A stretch of 64,000 nt of DNA from Gemmatimonadaceae bacterium (GCA_051859245.1 JBHYGA010000004.1:352001-416000); one strand, 5' to 3'; shown: positions 1-10,062, counted from the first letter of the stretch. Notes: generated by a model not told the origin, from the letters alone. Made by a program: numbers and translations.

Positions 1-596
1 AAGGCGTCATGAATGCGTTTACCCGTACACTGCTCGTAGATCGCACCGGCGGCGTTGAAATCCCAGTTGTTGTAATAGTAAAACGCGCCTGGTGCATGAC
101 TGCCGCGCGCGGGTCGTTGCGCAGCCATGCCGTCGGATTCGGCCGCGGCCTCGTGATACACGCCCGAACGCGACTGCAACACCTGTCGCAGTGTGGCCTG
201 TTTCTCAGCGTCGGTCAGCGACGGTGCGATGTCGTCAACGCCGAGCGAGGCGAGCGTTTGGTCGAGCTGCAGACACGCCCGTTGCGAGTCCATGCCAATC
301 AAGGCATTGAGCACCGGTTTGCGAATGGAGTGCAGCAGACGTTTCTGCCGGATATCACCCCACTCGAACAGCACCTTGCCATCGTGCAGCAGCAGCATGG
401 ATTCGGAGCCTGCCGTGCGCAGGAAGTCGCGCAGTGAGTCGAGGCCACTCTGAGAATAGCCGGCGTCGCTGGGGCTGATGCGCTCAAACGCGTCGCGGCG
501 GGACGCTTCCTGAATGCGCGGGGCTGCCGCATTGCAGGCAGCGAGGGTCGCAATGCCCAGCGTTGCGAGCAGGCGTGCAGCGTAGCTTGACGCCAC
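1..596 (-). CDS. Serine hydrolase (beta-lactamase/PBP-like) lipoprotein, runs off the left edge
   Basis: Not in the ORF track. Manual minus-strand translation from GTG at 596: MASSYAARLLATLGIATLAAC (lipobox)...LLHSIRK (SxxK)...FYYYNNWDFN (YxN). Confidence 0.8.
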   Translation of the reverse strand, partial: MASSYAARLLATLGIATLAACNAAAPRIQEASRRDAFERISPSDAGYSQSGLDSLRDFLRTAGSESMLLLHDGKVLFEWGDIRQKRLLHSIRKPVLNALIGMDSQRACLQLDQTLASLGVDDIAPSLTDAEKQATLRQVLQSRSGVYHEAAAESDGMAAQRPARGSHAPGAFYYYNNWDFNAAGAIYEQCTGKRIHDA

Positions 597-597
597 G

Positions 598-1557
598 TTA
601 CGCCATCTGCGCCGCATTCTCCGGCAACACATACTGCCCGTCGGCGATCGCCGTGAGCTCCTCGGCTGGCGCACGCACCGCCCACGCGTACCCATTCGCC
701 ACAATCGCGGGCTCCACAATGCGCGCGCCCAGAAAGTATCCCGCGCGCTCCGGAATCACAGTGCGCTCGATCGTGCGCGCTTCGTCGCTCATGCCGCCGG
801 ACAAATAACGCAGACGCAGCCCGAGCCCCGCACGATCGAGATCAGCGGTAATCGCTCGCGTGAGCAACGGCTCCAGCTCACGCACCCGCGCGTACTGCTT
901 ACGCGCGTAGCCGAAGTATTCCCACGCGGCGTACCCCGGCGAAATCGCGCGCGACACCTGCACCGCGAGGCCTTCGTTGACCAGCAGCTCACGCAGCGAC
1001 GCGAGACGCCCCGTCTCCCAGTACGAGTAGTATCCACCGGCATCGTGCACGAGCGCGCGCATTTCGCTGCGGCTCAGTGGCGATGTGTACCGCACGGTGT
1101 GCGTGATTTCGTGCGCGAGCCAGAGCGGCAACAGCTCGGGATCAAGCCCCAGTCCCTGCGTATCCGGATTGGCTACGCCGGTGAAATGCTCAAGACACAC
1201 AAACGCCACGCCGCGTCCGTCTACGACGAGTTCACCGGCGTTGGCGGCGCCCACGCCCACCATGATCACCACGTCGATGTCGCTGTCGAGCGCGAGCAAC
1301 TCACGCACCTGCGCCACCGTGCGTTCGGCAATGGACACGATATCGGTGCGCGCGAGCAGGGCGAGCAGATCGCTGCGGTCGGCGAGCACGGTGCTGCGCA
1401 CCACATCGTCAAAGTGCGGACCGGCCGGATCCAGCACGTAGTTGTCCCAGTACGCGGTGAGCAGGGCCCGATGCCGATCGAAGTACGCGCGATACGCAGC
1501 GACTCGATCGGGGGCTTGCAGAACGGCGAGAAAGTCTGGGAGGAGGTTGACGATCAT
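598..1557 (-). CDS. Putative Zn-dependent protease (DUF2268-like)
   Basis: LAHEITH (HExxH), downstream NEGLA, and GYFLG near the C-terminus; start taken at MIVNLLP. Confidence 0.65.
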   Translation of the reverse strand: MIVNLLPDFLAVLQAPDRVAAYRAYFDRHRALLTAYWDNYVLDPAGPHFDDVVRSTVLADRSDLLALLARTDIVSIAERTVAQVRELLALDSDIDVVIMVGVGAANAGELVVDGRGVAFVCLEHFTGVANPDTQGLGLDPELLPLWLAHEITHTVRYTSPLSRSEMRALVHDAGGYYSYWETGRLASLRELLVNEGLAVQVSRAISPGYAAWEYFGYARKQYARVRELEPLLTRAITADLDRAGLGLRLRYLSGGMSDEARTIERTVIPERAGYFLGARIVEPAIVANGYAWAVRAPAEELTAIADGQYVLPENAAQMA

Positions 1558-1778
1558 CAACGCCCTGGGCGCGGGATTGCGGCGCGGTATGGACTCGCCG
1601 AGTGAACGTGCCGAAATACGCCAGAGTGAGCGGATAAGGGCGACGGGCCAAGATAGCGCGCACACGCGATTGCAGGCAAGCGCGGATTTCCAACCGGCCT
1701 TGTTATGCCGTCGAGTCCACGTGCCGACACTCCATGTCGTGAGACGGCATGTCGCCGACTCCGTCGCTCGACCTCGCC

Positions 1779-2432
1779 ATGACCACACTGCAACTCATCG
1801 ATCTCACCTGCCCCGTGTGCACCACGCAGTTCCGCTCACAAGCGGTGCTGGCAACGAACGCATTCGGTGGCAAACGGACGGATTTTCACGAGCGCGCCGC
1901 CGGCATGCAGCCGCTGCCCTACTTCGTGCATCTGTGCTGCACCTGCGGCTACGCGGGTGTGGACCGTGATTTCGATCACGAGGTGGATCTGAGCACGGAA
2001 ACGCGCGAGAAAGTGTGGTTCACGTTGCCGTCGTCACTGGCGCGCGAAGGACCACGCGGTTCGCTCAAGTACGAACACGCGGCGCTCGTGGCCTCGTGGC
2101 AGGGATGCGAACCGCGGTACCTCGGCGATCTCTATCTGCGCGCGGCCTGGTGCTGCGTGGACGAGCAGGACCATGAAGCTGAACGGTATTATCGTCGGCA
2201 TGCGGCCTGGCAGTTTGCCGAGGCGCTGCGGTTGTTCGACGGCGTGGAACGCTCAGAGCGCGCGGTCATTACCTACCTGATCGGCGAACTCTGGCGCCGC
2301 ATTGGCGACGAAGACATGGCCAGCTCATGGTTTGATCGCGTGCCGCTGGAGATTGTAGAGCCGTCCACGCAAGAGTGGGTGCTCGACGTGACGCGTCAGC
2401 AGCGGCAGACGCCGCGTGAGTGGTTCGGGTAG
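1779..2432 (+). CDS. DUF2225-like Zn-ribbon plus TPR-like helical protein
   Basis: CPVC...CCTCGYA Cys pairs; YLRAAW and YLIGELWRRIG helical motifs. Confidence 0.7.
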   Translation: MTTLQLIDLTCPVCTTQFRSQAVLATNAFGGKRTDFHERAAGMQPLPYFVHLCCTCGYAGVDRDFDHEVDLSTETREKVWFTLPSSLAREGPRGSLKYEHAALVASWQGCEPRYLGDLYLRAAWCCVDEQDHEAERYYRRHAAWQFAEALRLFDGVERSERAVITYLIGELWRRIGDEDMASSWFDRVPLEIVEPSTQEWVLDVTRQQRQTPREWFG

Positions 2433-2451
2433 GGTTCCAGACCTGGTTGCA

Positions 2452-2925
2452 TTAGAAGTGGTTTGAGACCAGAGACCACGTGGAATCCAATACAAACATG
2501 TGATGTACGCGCCACAGGTCAGCCATACCGGCGTTTACCACATATCGATTGGGCGTCAGTCGCACGACAAACACACCGGTCACCTGAGACAGCCAACCGC
2601 TACGGGCCAGGGAGTCTTCGGCCGCAAAGTACAGCGAAGCGTAGGCCAGGCGAGCGGCAGCACACTTAGCAGAATCCCGTACAACGGTTGCACTGACGCT
2701 GGAAACGCCGGCTACACCAATGCTATCGAGGAACGCCATCACCTCTGGCTCAGCTGAGGACGAATCGAGTTGCTGAGCGATCCGATCCAGCGTGTAAGAT
2801 TCCATGTTTTCGTGCAAAGTGCATACGGCGGGCGGTTGCGTGGACGCTTCAGGGCTGGATATGGAAACTGCGGTCGCGGCAGTTGTGGCAAAAATCGCAA
2901 TGAAGACTATAGGGTAGCGTGTCAT
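2452..2925 (-). CDS. Small secreted hypothetical protein (candidate immunity/partner)
   Basis: Signal peptide MTRYPIVFIAIFATTAATAVS; starts 7 bp after the stop of the upstream large gene. Confidence 0.6.
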   Translation of the reverse strand: MTRYPIVFIAIFATTAATAVSISSPEASTQPPAVCTLHENMESYTLDRIAQQLDSSSAEPEVMAFLDSIGVAGVSSVSATVVRDSAKCAAARLAYASLYFAAEDSLARSGWLSQVTGVFVVRLTPNRYVVNAGMADLWRVHHMFVLDSTWSLVSNHF

Positions 2926-2932
2926 GGTGGGA

Positions 2933-4783
2933 CTATCTCCAGGATTGGGTGGGTCTCGCACCGCTCAACGTCAAGCATGATTGCGGAGAAAGGGGCAGTG
3001 TCCGAGTGTATCCGAAAGTCTTCGCCCCCTGTCTGATGTTTCTCGGCACGCGAAGCGTGTCGAGAACAATGGTGCCATTCGGCAGCCTCCGACGTGCAAA
3101 TACAGTCCGCACTGAGGAAACTGTGTCCATAGACCAAACGCGATCCTTCTCCACTACGATCTGCCGAAATCCGGGAGCCAAGAAGTGTGGGAAGTCATTG
3201 ATCTTGTACAACGTATTCCAGTCAGCCGCGCTAGGACCTCGTCCCGCCGTCCCAACGTTCGGCCTGCCTCCGGTACAGCTCGCCGGAACGGCCTGTTGGT
3301 AGTTAATGGGGTGAGTATGCAACTGCCGTACCACCTTCATCGTGCTTGTTGTCCAGTTCGTCGCAAATAGCTCCGGATATCCAGACGTCGTCGAGCATGG
3401 GGTGCCTGCGGGGTCCGCTGGCAAAAACCTGGTAATGATGACCCCTGCAGAATCAATCACGAAAGCGACGCGCTCGCGACGCAGACTATCTGGCAGCTGA
3501 TCTCCACCTAGCTTCCAAAGACTATCAATCGCTCCTCGAACGGAGGCGAGATCGACGTCCGGGTTGCCCGTCGGGCATGGCAGCGTATCGATGGACACGC
3601 TGCAAGTGATGGTCTGTCCGGTGGTGAGTGTTGCGCTAACGCTGAGCGAGAGTGGAATCGGAACTGGAACGCGACAACGCAAGGAGTTTGCGTCGCACAC
3701 ACCTCCGCCGGATACTGACAGGCTCGACAGTTGTCGCGCTGGGGTTACCGTGACGACTAAAGTCGTAGAGTCGCCGGCGACGACGGGGTTTTCGTAGGCG
3801 GTTGCAGCAAGGACAACTGGCAGAATCACTGTCTCCGCCGAAGCTTGCTCGATGAAACTGTTAGTGCCAACTCGCGCGCGAACGAACATTGTACCTGGAT
3901 CAGGTGGTGCGAATCGACACGTCGTACCGAGTGTCGAACAGCCCACCGATGAAGTTGTCCCCGTGGTGTCTTGCCAGATCCATTCACGAACTGAGACGGA
4001 CCGGCCGTCCGTTGAGGAAGCCGTGAAGTTGATCGAGTCCCCTGTGTAGGCGGGGCTTGGCGTTGCCACGAGCTCGAGGGTTCGAGCTATTCGCTTGACG
4101 GTGACTTTCTGTTGGCCAGCCAGAACATTGGCGAGGGCAGAATATGCGTACGCGGGTCCAGACGGAGTTGGGCAGCCGGGCGGAGTTGGGGGCGGCGCTG
4201 TCGTGCAGGAACCACTTCCCGCGATCGGGTATCGCTCGAAATAGACGGTAGCACCTTGTCTTCTCACAAAGCTTCCTTCGAACACGACGACGCTCGCCGC
4301 TGGATGCCCATTGGGAAGATAGCTTAGGCCCGAAACTACCGTGGCAGTCCCATTTCCGAAAATAATGGGCACGCGCACAAACAACTGTTGCCAGTTAGAG
4401 GTTGATCCACCGCCCATGGGGCCATAGACTCCGTTTCTATTCGGCTGCGGACTAAAGCAGCAGGTATACGCCGGATTCGGCGTAACAGTAATTGCGCCGC
4501 TGACCGTTATCTGCACGAGAGCGGAGTCAGGGAATGCGCAACCGGTACTCGTCGAAGACTGCGCGCCGGTTGAAGGCTCGCCGTACGGTGCCGAAAAGGT
4601 CATCGAGCACTCTCCAGCGGTCGGAAGCTGAGCGGCCGAGCTCATCCGTGGAGAAGCTACCACTGCGGTTGATGAACCGGTTACACGATCTGGTTCAATT
4701 TGACAGCTTGAACACAGAATCAGCGTCGCGAAAAATATCCAGTGTAGCGCGTTCGGTTGGACGGTGCCCAATTTTCTCTGCAT
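2933..4783 (-). CDS. Secreted Cys-rich protein with Ig/PKD-like repeats and a C-terminal JAB/MPN-like domain
   Basis: Signal/lipobox-like LILCSSC; beta-rich middle; C-terminal RRERVAFVI...LHTHP...GPSAADW. Confidence 0.6.
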   Translation of the reverse strand: MQRKLGTVQPNALHWIFFATLILCSSCQIEPDRVTGSSTAVVASPRMSSAAQLPTAGECSMTFSAPYGEPSTGAQSSTSTGCAFPDSALVQITVSGAITVTPNPAYTCCFSPQPNRNGVYGPMGGGSTSNWQQLFVRVPIIFGNGTATVVSGLSYLPNGHPAASVVVFEGSFVRRQGATVYFERYPIAGSGSCTTAPPPTPPGCPTPSGPAYAYSALANVLAGQQKVTVKRIARTLELVATPSPAYTGDSINFTASSTDGRSVSVREWIWQDTTGTTSSVGCSTLGTTCRFAPPDPGTMFVRARVGTNSFIEQASAETVILPVVLAATAYENPVVAGDSTTLVVTVTPARQLSSLSVSGGGVCDANSLRCRVPVPIPLSLSVSATLTTGQTITCSVSIDTLPCPTGNPDVDLASVRGAIDSLWKLGGDQLPDSLRRERVAFVIDSAGVIITRFLPADPAGTPCSTTSGYPELFATNWTTSTMKVVRQLHTHPINYQQAVPASCTGGRPNVGTAGRGPSAADWNTLYKINDFPHFLAPGFRQIVVEKDRVWSMDTVSSVRTVFARRRLPNGTIVLDTLRVPRNIRQGAKTFGYTRTLPLSPQSCLTLSGARPTQSWR

Positions 4784-5286
4784 TCTAAGATCTGTGAGAG
4801 AATGCGACGTGTCGCTGGCATTGCGTTGGCGATTAGATATCGGCCGAGAGTACTTCGGACGACGCGAATATCGTAAACACAAGCGTCACCACGTCGTCAC
4901 CAACAGGCGAAATGTGTGCGTTTCGGTGGGGATTCGCTCGACTGGTTCGACGAATATGTCGAACCTTTTGATCCTAGGCGCTTGCGTTGCCTGAGACGGT
5001 TGGCGGAAGACAATGCGGTGCCGCACCGAAACCAAGCCTGAAGGCGCCAAGTGCGCCGTCGTCTCTGTCGGACTACGGGCATCGGCGCATCGAGAGCTCA
5101 TACATGACCAGAAACACGCGCAACGTGGACATGGAGCGAAAAGAAGCGGCGAGTTCAACTGGCTGTTCGCGCGCGCACAACGACTGTCCGTAGCCCATCA
5201 CGAGGCCGTGCGCCGCTGACGCGGAAGGAGTTCAACCTGTGGGGTGACTTTAGTCCTCCGCACTTCGTCTCGTTCGAGCAGGTACG

Positions 5287-5943
5287 CTACCGCGTCCCGA
5301 ACAACCGATCACCCGCGTCACCGAGCCCCGGCAGGATGTAGCCGTTCTCGTTGAGCTCGCGATCAAGCGACGCGGTGAGCACGGACACATCCGGATGCGC
5401 CGCCGCCAGCCGTCGTACGCCTTCGGGCGCCGCAACCAGGCACAACAACCGAATGCGATGCGCTCCCGCACGCTTGAGTGACGTAACTGCGGCCGCCGCA
5501 CTGCCTCCCGTGGCCAGCATCGGATCCAGCAGCAGAAAATCCCGCGCTTCCGCGTCGCCCGGCACCTTGAAGTAGTAGTCCACCGGCTCGAGCGTATCGT
5601 GATCGCGATAGAGACCGATATGCCCCACGCGCGCCGATGGCATGAGGCGCAGAATGCCCTCCACCATGCCGAGTCCGGCGCGTAAAATCGGCACCAGCAC
5701 CAGCTTTTTGCCCGACACGGCCCAGCCCATCGTGGACTCAAGCGGCGTATCCACCGGCGCCGGCTCCACTACGAGATCCTTGGTGGCCTCGTACGCCATG
5801 AGCATGGCGATCTCGTCCACCAGCTCCTTGAACGTTTTGGTCGACGTTTCCCGGTCGCGCAGCAGCGTGATCTTGTGCCGCACCAGCGGGTGATCCACGA
5901 TGGTGAGCGTGGGGAAATCGGGATGCGAAATGGCGACTGACAT
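5287..5943 (-). CDS. upp: Uracil phosphoribosyltransferase
   Basis: [51 protein letters not shown]. Confidence 0.97.
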   Translation of the reverse strand: MSVAISHPDFPTLTIVDHPLVRHKITLLRDRETSTKTFKELVDEIAMLMAYEATKDLVVEPAPVDTPLESTMGWAVSGKKLVLVPILRAGLGMVEGILRLMPSARVGHIGLYRDHDTLEPVDYYFKVPGDAEARDFLLLDPMLATGGSAAAAVTSLKRAGAHRIRLLCLVAAPEGVRRLAAAHPDVSVLTASLDRELNENGYILPGLGDAGDRLFGTR

Positions 5944-6050
5944 GGGCACAACTCGGCTCGGGTGATACCAGCGACGCGATAGATGCGCGGACCAACGCCG
6001 CCGCGCCGAAGCTAGCGGTTGGCAGAGCACAGACGCTAGCTTTGCCCTCC

Positions 6051-6230
6051 ATGAAGGAATATCAAGCCGTAATCGTGCGCTTCGGCAAGCGCGTGCGCGA
6101 TGATGAAGACGCACTCACCGATCTGCTCAACGAGCGCAGCCGCTCCGGGTGGACGCCGGAGCTGATCACGCAGGATGCCATGCGACTGACCGTGGTGTTT
6201 GCGCGTGAGGCGCCGGACCCCGAGGCGTAG
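6051..6230 (+). CDS. Small hypothetical protein (DUF4177-like)
   Basis: MKEYQAV...[13 protein letters not shown]...VVFARE pattern. Confidence 0.6.
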   Translation: MKEYQAVIVRFGKRVRDDEDALTDLLNERSRSGWTPELITQDAMRLTVVFAREAPDPEA

Positions 6231-6236
6231 TTCGCG

Positions 6237-7601
6237 TTGCTCGCGGCGCTGCGCGCGTTTGGACGGAACGCGACGTCGTTCCAGCTCCTCGAGCGCGACT
6301 TTCTGGTGTGGCGGGATGTTGAGGCCGGCAAAACAGACGGCCGCGATACCCCGGTCGCTGCGGTTGGCTACGTGGACACCGGACCCGCTTGGGTAGCTGG
6401 CGGCGAACCGGTCGCGCCGGAACACGATGTACACATCGTGGCCGAACGTTTTCTCGAGGCGGCACAGCGCGCCGGTAAACGCGCGGCCTTTTTTGCGACC
6501 GAAGGACGACTCGTCACGTCGCCCCGCTTTTCGCGCTTGTTGCTCGGCGAACAACCGGTGTGGGATCCGGCCGCGTGGTCTGACACCATACGCGCGTCAC
6601 GATCGCTGCGTGCACAGATCAAACGCGCACGGAGCAAAGGTGTGGTGGTGCGACACGTTTCGGCCGCAGACGTTGCAACGGGCACCCCACTGCGACGCGA
6701 ACTCGATGCGCTGATCCAGCGCTGGCAAGCCACGCGCGCCATGGCACCCATGGGATTTCTGGTGCGCGTTGAACCGTTCACACACGCAGACGAACGCCGA
6801 TTGTTTGTGGCGGCACAGCACGGCCGAATGGTGGCGCTGCTGTCGATGGCGCCGGTGTACGCGCGTGACGGGTGGTTGTTTGAAGACTTGTTGCGCGATC
6901 CCACGGCGCCTAACGGTACCACGGAGCTTTTGGTTGACGCGGGCATGCGCGACATCGCGCACGCAGGCTCACGGTGGGCCACACTCGGCCTCGCGCCACT
7001 CGCGGGCCCGATTACGCCGCTGCTGGCGCGCGTGCGCAAACTCAGCACGCCATTCTTTAACTTCGCCGGACTGCAGGCGTTCAAAGCCAAGCTGCGTCCG
7101 CATACGTGGGAGCCCATCTGGCTGGCGTATCCGGCAGGCACGTTGTGGTGGCGCGCGCTGCTCGATGCGCTCACGGCGTTTGCCGGCGGTTCATTGTTGC
7201 GATTTGCGTGGGCAACACTGCGCCGAGGACCGCGACCTGTGCTTGTGGCAATGACCGCGCTGCTCGTGCCGTGGACAATTACGCTCGCGCTGCTCGATAC
7301 TACGCGATGGTTTCCTGACCCGTGGATGCAACGCGCCTGGGTGACGTTCGACGCGTTGTTGTGCATTGCACTTGTTGTGCTGATCTCGCGTTGGCGCGGT
7401 TGGTTGGGTACGCTCGTTGCAACGGCAGTGACCCTCGATGCACTGATTACCGTCATGCAGGCCGCTAACTGGTATGGGCCACGCGCGTCCACGATTACCG
7501 ACTGGTTGTTGATCGCGCTGGTGTGCACCGCACCGCTGCTGGCCGCGATCGTATTGTGGGGCACCGTGTCGCGACATCGCGTGAGCGAAGCACGAGTGTA
7601 A
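6237..7601 (+). CDS. Aminoacyl-phosphatidylglycerol synthase-like domain (DUF2156/MprF-C) with C-terminal membrane helices
   Basis: WVAGGEPV, LLRDPTAPNGTTELL, TLGLAPLA, FNFAGLQAFKAKLRP.WEP. Confidence 0.8.
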   Translation: MLAALRAFGRNATSFQLLERDFLVWRDVEAGKTDGRDTPVAAVGYVDTGPAWVAGGEPVAPEHDVHIVAERFLEAAQRAGKRAAFFATEGRLVTSPRFSRLLLGEQPVWDPAAWSDTIRASRSLRAQIKRARSKGVVVRHVSAADVATGTPLRRELDALIQRWQATRAMAPMGFLVRVEPFTHADERRLFVAAQHGRMVALLSMAPVYARDGWLFEDLLRDPTAPNGTTELLVDAGMRDIAHAGSRWATLGLAPLAGPITPLLARVRKLSTPFFNFAGLQAFKAKLRPHTWEPIWLAYPAGTLWWRALLDALTAFAGGSLLRFAWATLRRGPRPVLVAMTALLVPWTITLALLDTTRWFPDPWMQRAWVTFDALLCIALVVLISRWRGWLGTLVATAVTLDALITVMQAANWYGPRASTITDWLLIALVCTAPLLAAIVLWGTVSRHRVSEARV

Positions 7602-7679
7602 CTGCCGCGTATCGCGTTTGGTAAGCGAGTCGACGCGCGTCTTGCGGCGAGCTGGAGCCGACGGCGTACGGTGGATCGA

Positions 7680-7764
7680 AATGCGGGCGTGCGCCTAATG
7701 CGGGCGTGCGCCTAATGCGGGCGTGCGCCTAATGCGGGCTTGCGCCTAGTGCGGGCGTGCGCCT
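7680..7764 (+). repeat. Tandem repeat, 5 x 17 bp (AATGCGGGCGTGCGCCT)
   Basis: Three exact copies, then two copies with one substitution each; no spacers. Confidence 0.95.
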
Positions 7765-7766
7765 AA

Positions 7767-7939
7767 TGCTGAGAGAACTGCGGCGGGAAGACACAAAGGC
7801 ACGAAGGACACAAAAACAGCAACCGATTTTGGGGGAAAAAAGCCACCTCGATCTGTTGCGGTTCTCCAAAAATCCTTTGCAGTTGCCCTTCTTCGTGCCC
7901 TTCGTGCCTTTGTGTCTTCCCGCCGCAGTTCTCTCAGCA
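7767..7939. repeat. REP/MITE-like element with 41-bp perfect inverted repeats
   Basis: 7767-7807 TGCTGAGAGAACTGCGGCGGGAAGACACAAAGGCACGAAGG is the exact reverse complement of 7899-7939; imperfect pairing continues inward. Confidence 0.9.
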
Positions 7940-8067
7940 CCAGGCTAGCGCGCGCGATACGCGCCGATGTTTAGCCATTCGTCTCTGGCCCCTCAATCGT
8001 CGCCGCACCGAACGCCGGCAATAACCTGCTGCATGCGCGCGTTCAGCGAGACAGATGTGATCGTCTT

Positions 8068-10062
8068 CTACCGCTGATGCGTTCCCGACGGCAGCTCATA
8101 TGGCACTTCGTGCGGCACACCCGTCGCTACCGGCGCCGCTGCGGGCCGCTCCAGCAACATCGCGCGTTCTACGACGCGTGTAAGGTGTGCACGCGTGATC
8201 AACCCGAGCAGTTGTCCACTCGGCACCGCCACCACCGGTAACGCGGCGAGGTCGCGCGCGCCCATGCGTCGCATCACATCATCAAGCGGTGTATCGAGCG
8301 TGACGGCGGGCGTAGACACTGCGAGATCCGCGACGAGCAGCATCGGCAACGCATCAGTCTGACGTGACGCGGTCGCCAGCGCGCCAACGGGCAGAATACC
8401 GGCCAGTTTACCATTCGCGTCGACTACGGGAAACATGGGCTGCGCCGCAAAGGCGACGCGCGCGAGCACCGTTTCCACACGCTCATGTTCGCGCACGACC
8501 AGCGGAGCCATGTCACACGCGTCGCGCACATGCAAACGCGACAGGACATCGCGCTCGTTTTCGTGACGCAACACAATACCGCGCCGGCGCAGCCAGCCGC
8601 TGTACAAATCGTCTCTTTCGTATCGACGTGCAATCACCAACGCGAGCCCAGTCACCAGCAACAGCGGCGGCATAAGGGCGTAGTCGTCGGTGAGTTCAAA
8701 CACGAGCAGTACGGCCGTAATCGGCGCGCCGGTGGCGGCACCAACTACTCCGCCCATGGCCACAAATGCCCACGCCGCCGGCGTGATCTGCAGTGATGGC
8801 ATGGCCCAGGCGAGTGCACCCGCCAGCGCGCTGCCCGTTGCCGCACCAACGTAGAGCGCTGGCGCAAACAGTCCGCCCGATCCACCGCTGCCAAGTGTGA
8901 GCGATGTCGCAATGATTTTCGCAAATACCAGCGCGAGTACAATCCACCACGCGGTGCCCGAAAACACTTCGGCCGGAATCGACAAGTGGCCGGGGCCGAG
9001 CAAGAGACCGCCAGACGCGTACACAAGCAATCCTACGGCGCCGCCACCAATTGCTGCGCGTAAACCGGGCGACTTCACACGCTCACGCATGGCTCTGCCA
9101 ATGCCAAAGTACGAGCGCACAAACAGCACCGTCACGAGTCCACACGCCACACCAAGCAGCGGTGGCAGTGCGAGCAGCTCAAACCACGAGCGCGACGGAT
9201 GCAGCACGGGGATTGGAAACGCCGGATGCACACCGAACACGGCTTGTGAGACAACCGCGGCCGTGACACTGCTCACCACGACGGTGGGAAACGCGCGCAC
9301 ATGCAAACCACCGAGCAGTTCTTCAAGCGCAAAAAACGCGCCAGCGAGCGGTGCATTGAATGCCGCGGAAATTCCCGCCGCTGTCCCCGCGCTCACGAGT
9401 AACCGTGTACGATCACGCGAGAACTTGAACACGCGCGAGAGATACGAACCAAGTCCGCCGCCAACTACCGCCGCTGGTCCTTCACTGCCGACAGATCCAC
9501 CCGAGCCGAGCGTTATAGCACTCGCGAGACTGCGCGCACCGAGCGCTTTCATGGGCATATGTCCGCCGTCCTGCGCCACACGCCGTTTGAGATCGGGCAC
9601 GTTGATGCCATCTTCGCCCGGCGCAAAGCGGCGCATCACGGCCACCGCAGCCATGAAGCCAAGCGCGGTGAGTACCGGGCGATACACCGGATTTCTGAGC
9701 GCTTCCACGTTCTGACCGGGCAGCGACACAAAGAGCCAATAACTTGCGTCAATCAGCTTGTAGAACACCACAATGCCGAGCGCCGCGCCAATGCCAATGA
9801 TCACGGCAAACACCAGCAGCAGCGCATTCTCGCTGACGGCCGTAGTACTCACCCAGTCGATCAGATCATCCCAGCCACTGAGCGCCGTTCGGCGCGGACC
9901 AAAGGTGACCCTTCGCGTTTGCCGCCGGGTTTGCACCAGCACTGAGCGAATCGTGTACGCGGTGCGCTGGCCCCAGGGTCCAAGGGCCTCAAGCCGTCTG
10001 AGCAGACGGGTCAACGTGCGCTCACTGGCGCGGGGACGAGGTGCGTTCGTCGTCCGATGCAT
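8068..10062 (-). CDS. ClC-family chloride channel/antiporter with CBS domains
   Basis: GGSVGSEGP, AGISAAFNAPLAG.FFALE, GGSGGLFAP, APITAVLLVFELT; C-terminal CBS pair. Confidence 0.92.
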   Translation of the reverse strand: MHRTTNAPRPRASERTLTRLLRRLEALGPWGQRTAYTIRSVLVQTRRQTRRVTFGPRRTALSGWDDLIDWVSTTAVSENALLLVFAVIIGIGAALGIVVFYKLIDASYWLFVSLPGQNVEALRNPVYRPVLTALGFMAAVAVMRRFAPGEDGINVPDLKRRVAQDGGHMPMKALGARSLASAITLGSGGSVGSEGPAAVVGGGLGSYLSRVFKFSRDRTRLLVSAGTAAGISAAFNAPLAGAFFALEELLGGLHVRAFPTVVVSSVTAAVVSQAVFGVHPAFPIPVLHPSRSWFELLALPPLLGVACGLVTVLFVRSYFGIGRAMRERVKSPGLRAAIGGGAVGLLVYASGGLLLGPGHLSIPAEVFSGTAWWIVLALVFAKIIATSLTLGSGGSGGLFAPALYVGAATGSALAGALAWAMPSLQITPAAWAFVAMGGVVGAATGAPITAVLLVFELTDDYALMPPLLLVTGLALVIARRYERDDLYSGWLRRRGIVLRHENERDVLSRLHVRDACDMAPLVVREHERVETVLARVAFAAQPMFPVVDANGKLAGILPVGALATASRQTDALPMLLVADLAVSTPAVTLDTPLDDVMRRMGARDLAALPVVAVPSGQLLGLITRAHLTRVVERAMLLERPAAAPVATGVPHEVPYELPSGTHQR

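Noticed and set aside
4784..5286. ncRNA, riboswitch or gene in this 500-bp intergenic region
   Set aside because: No recognisable motif or convincing ORF by eye; an Rfam search would be needed.
6368..7564. Long antisense or alternative-frame ORFs (also 17921-19264, 39566-40696, 48004-48993, 49502-50461, 55718-56665)
   Set aside because: Shadow ORFs of well-supported genes in GC-rich DNA, with no recognisable motifs.
7680..7764. CRISPR array
   Set aside because: Repeats are contiguous 17-mers with no spacers, and no cas genes are present.
8068..10062. Fluoride-specific CLC-F exporter
   Set aside because: Lacks the GREGT and GEVTP motifs; has GSEGP and GLFAP.
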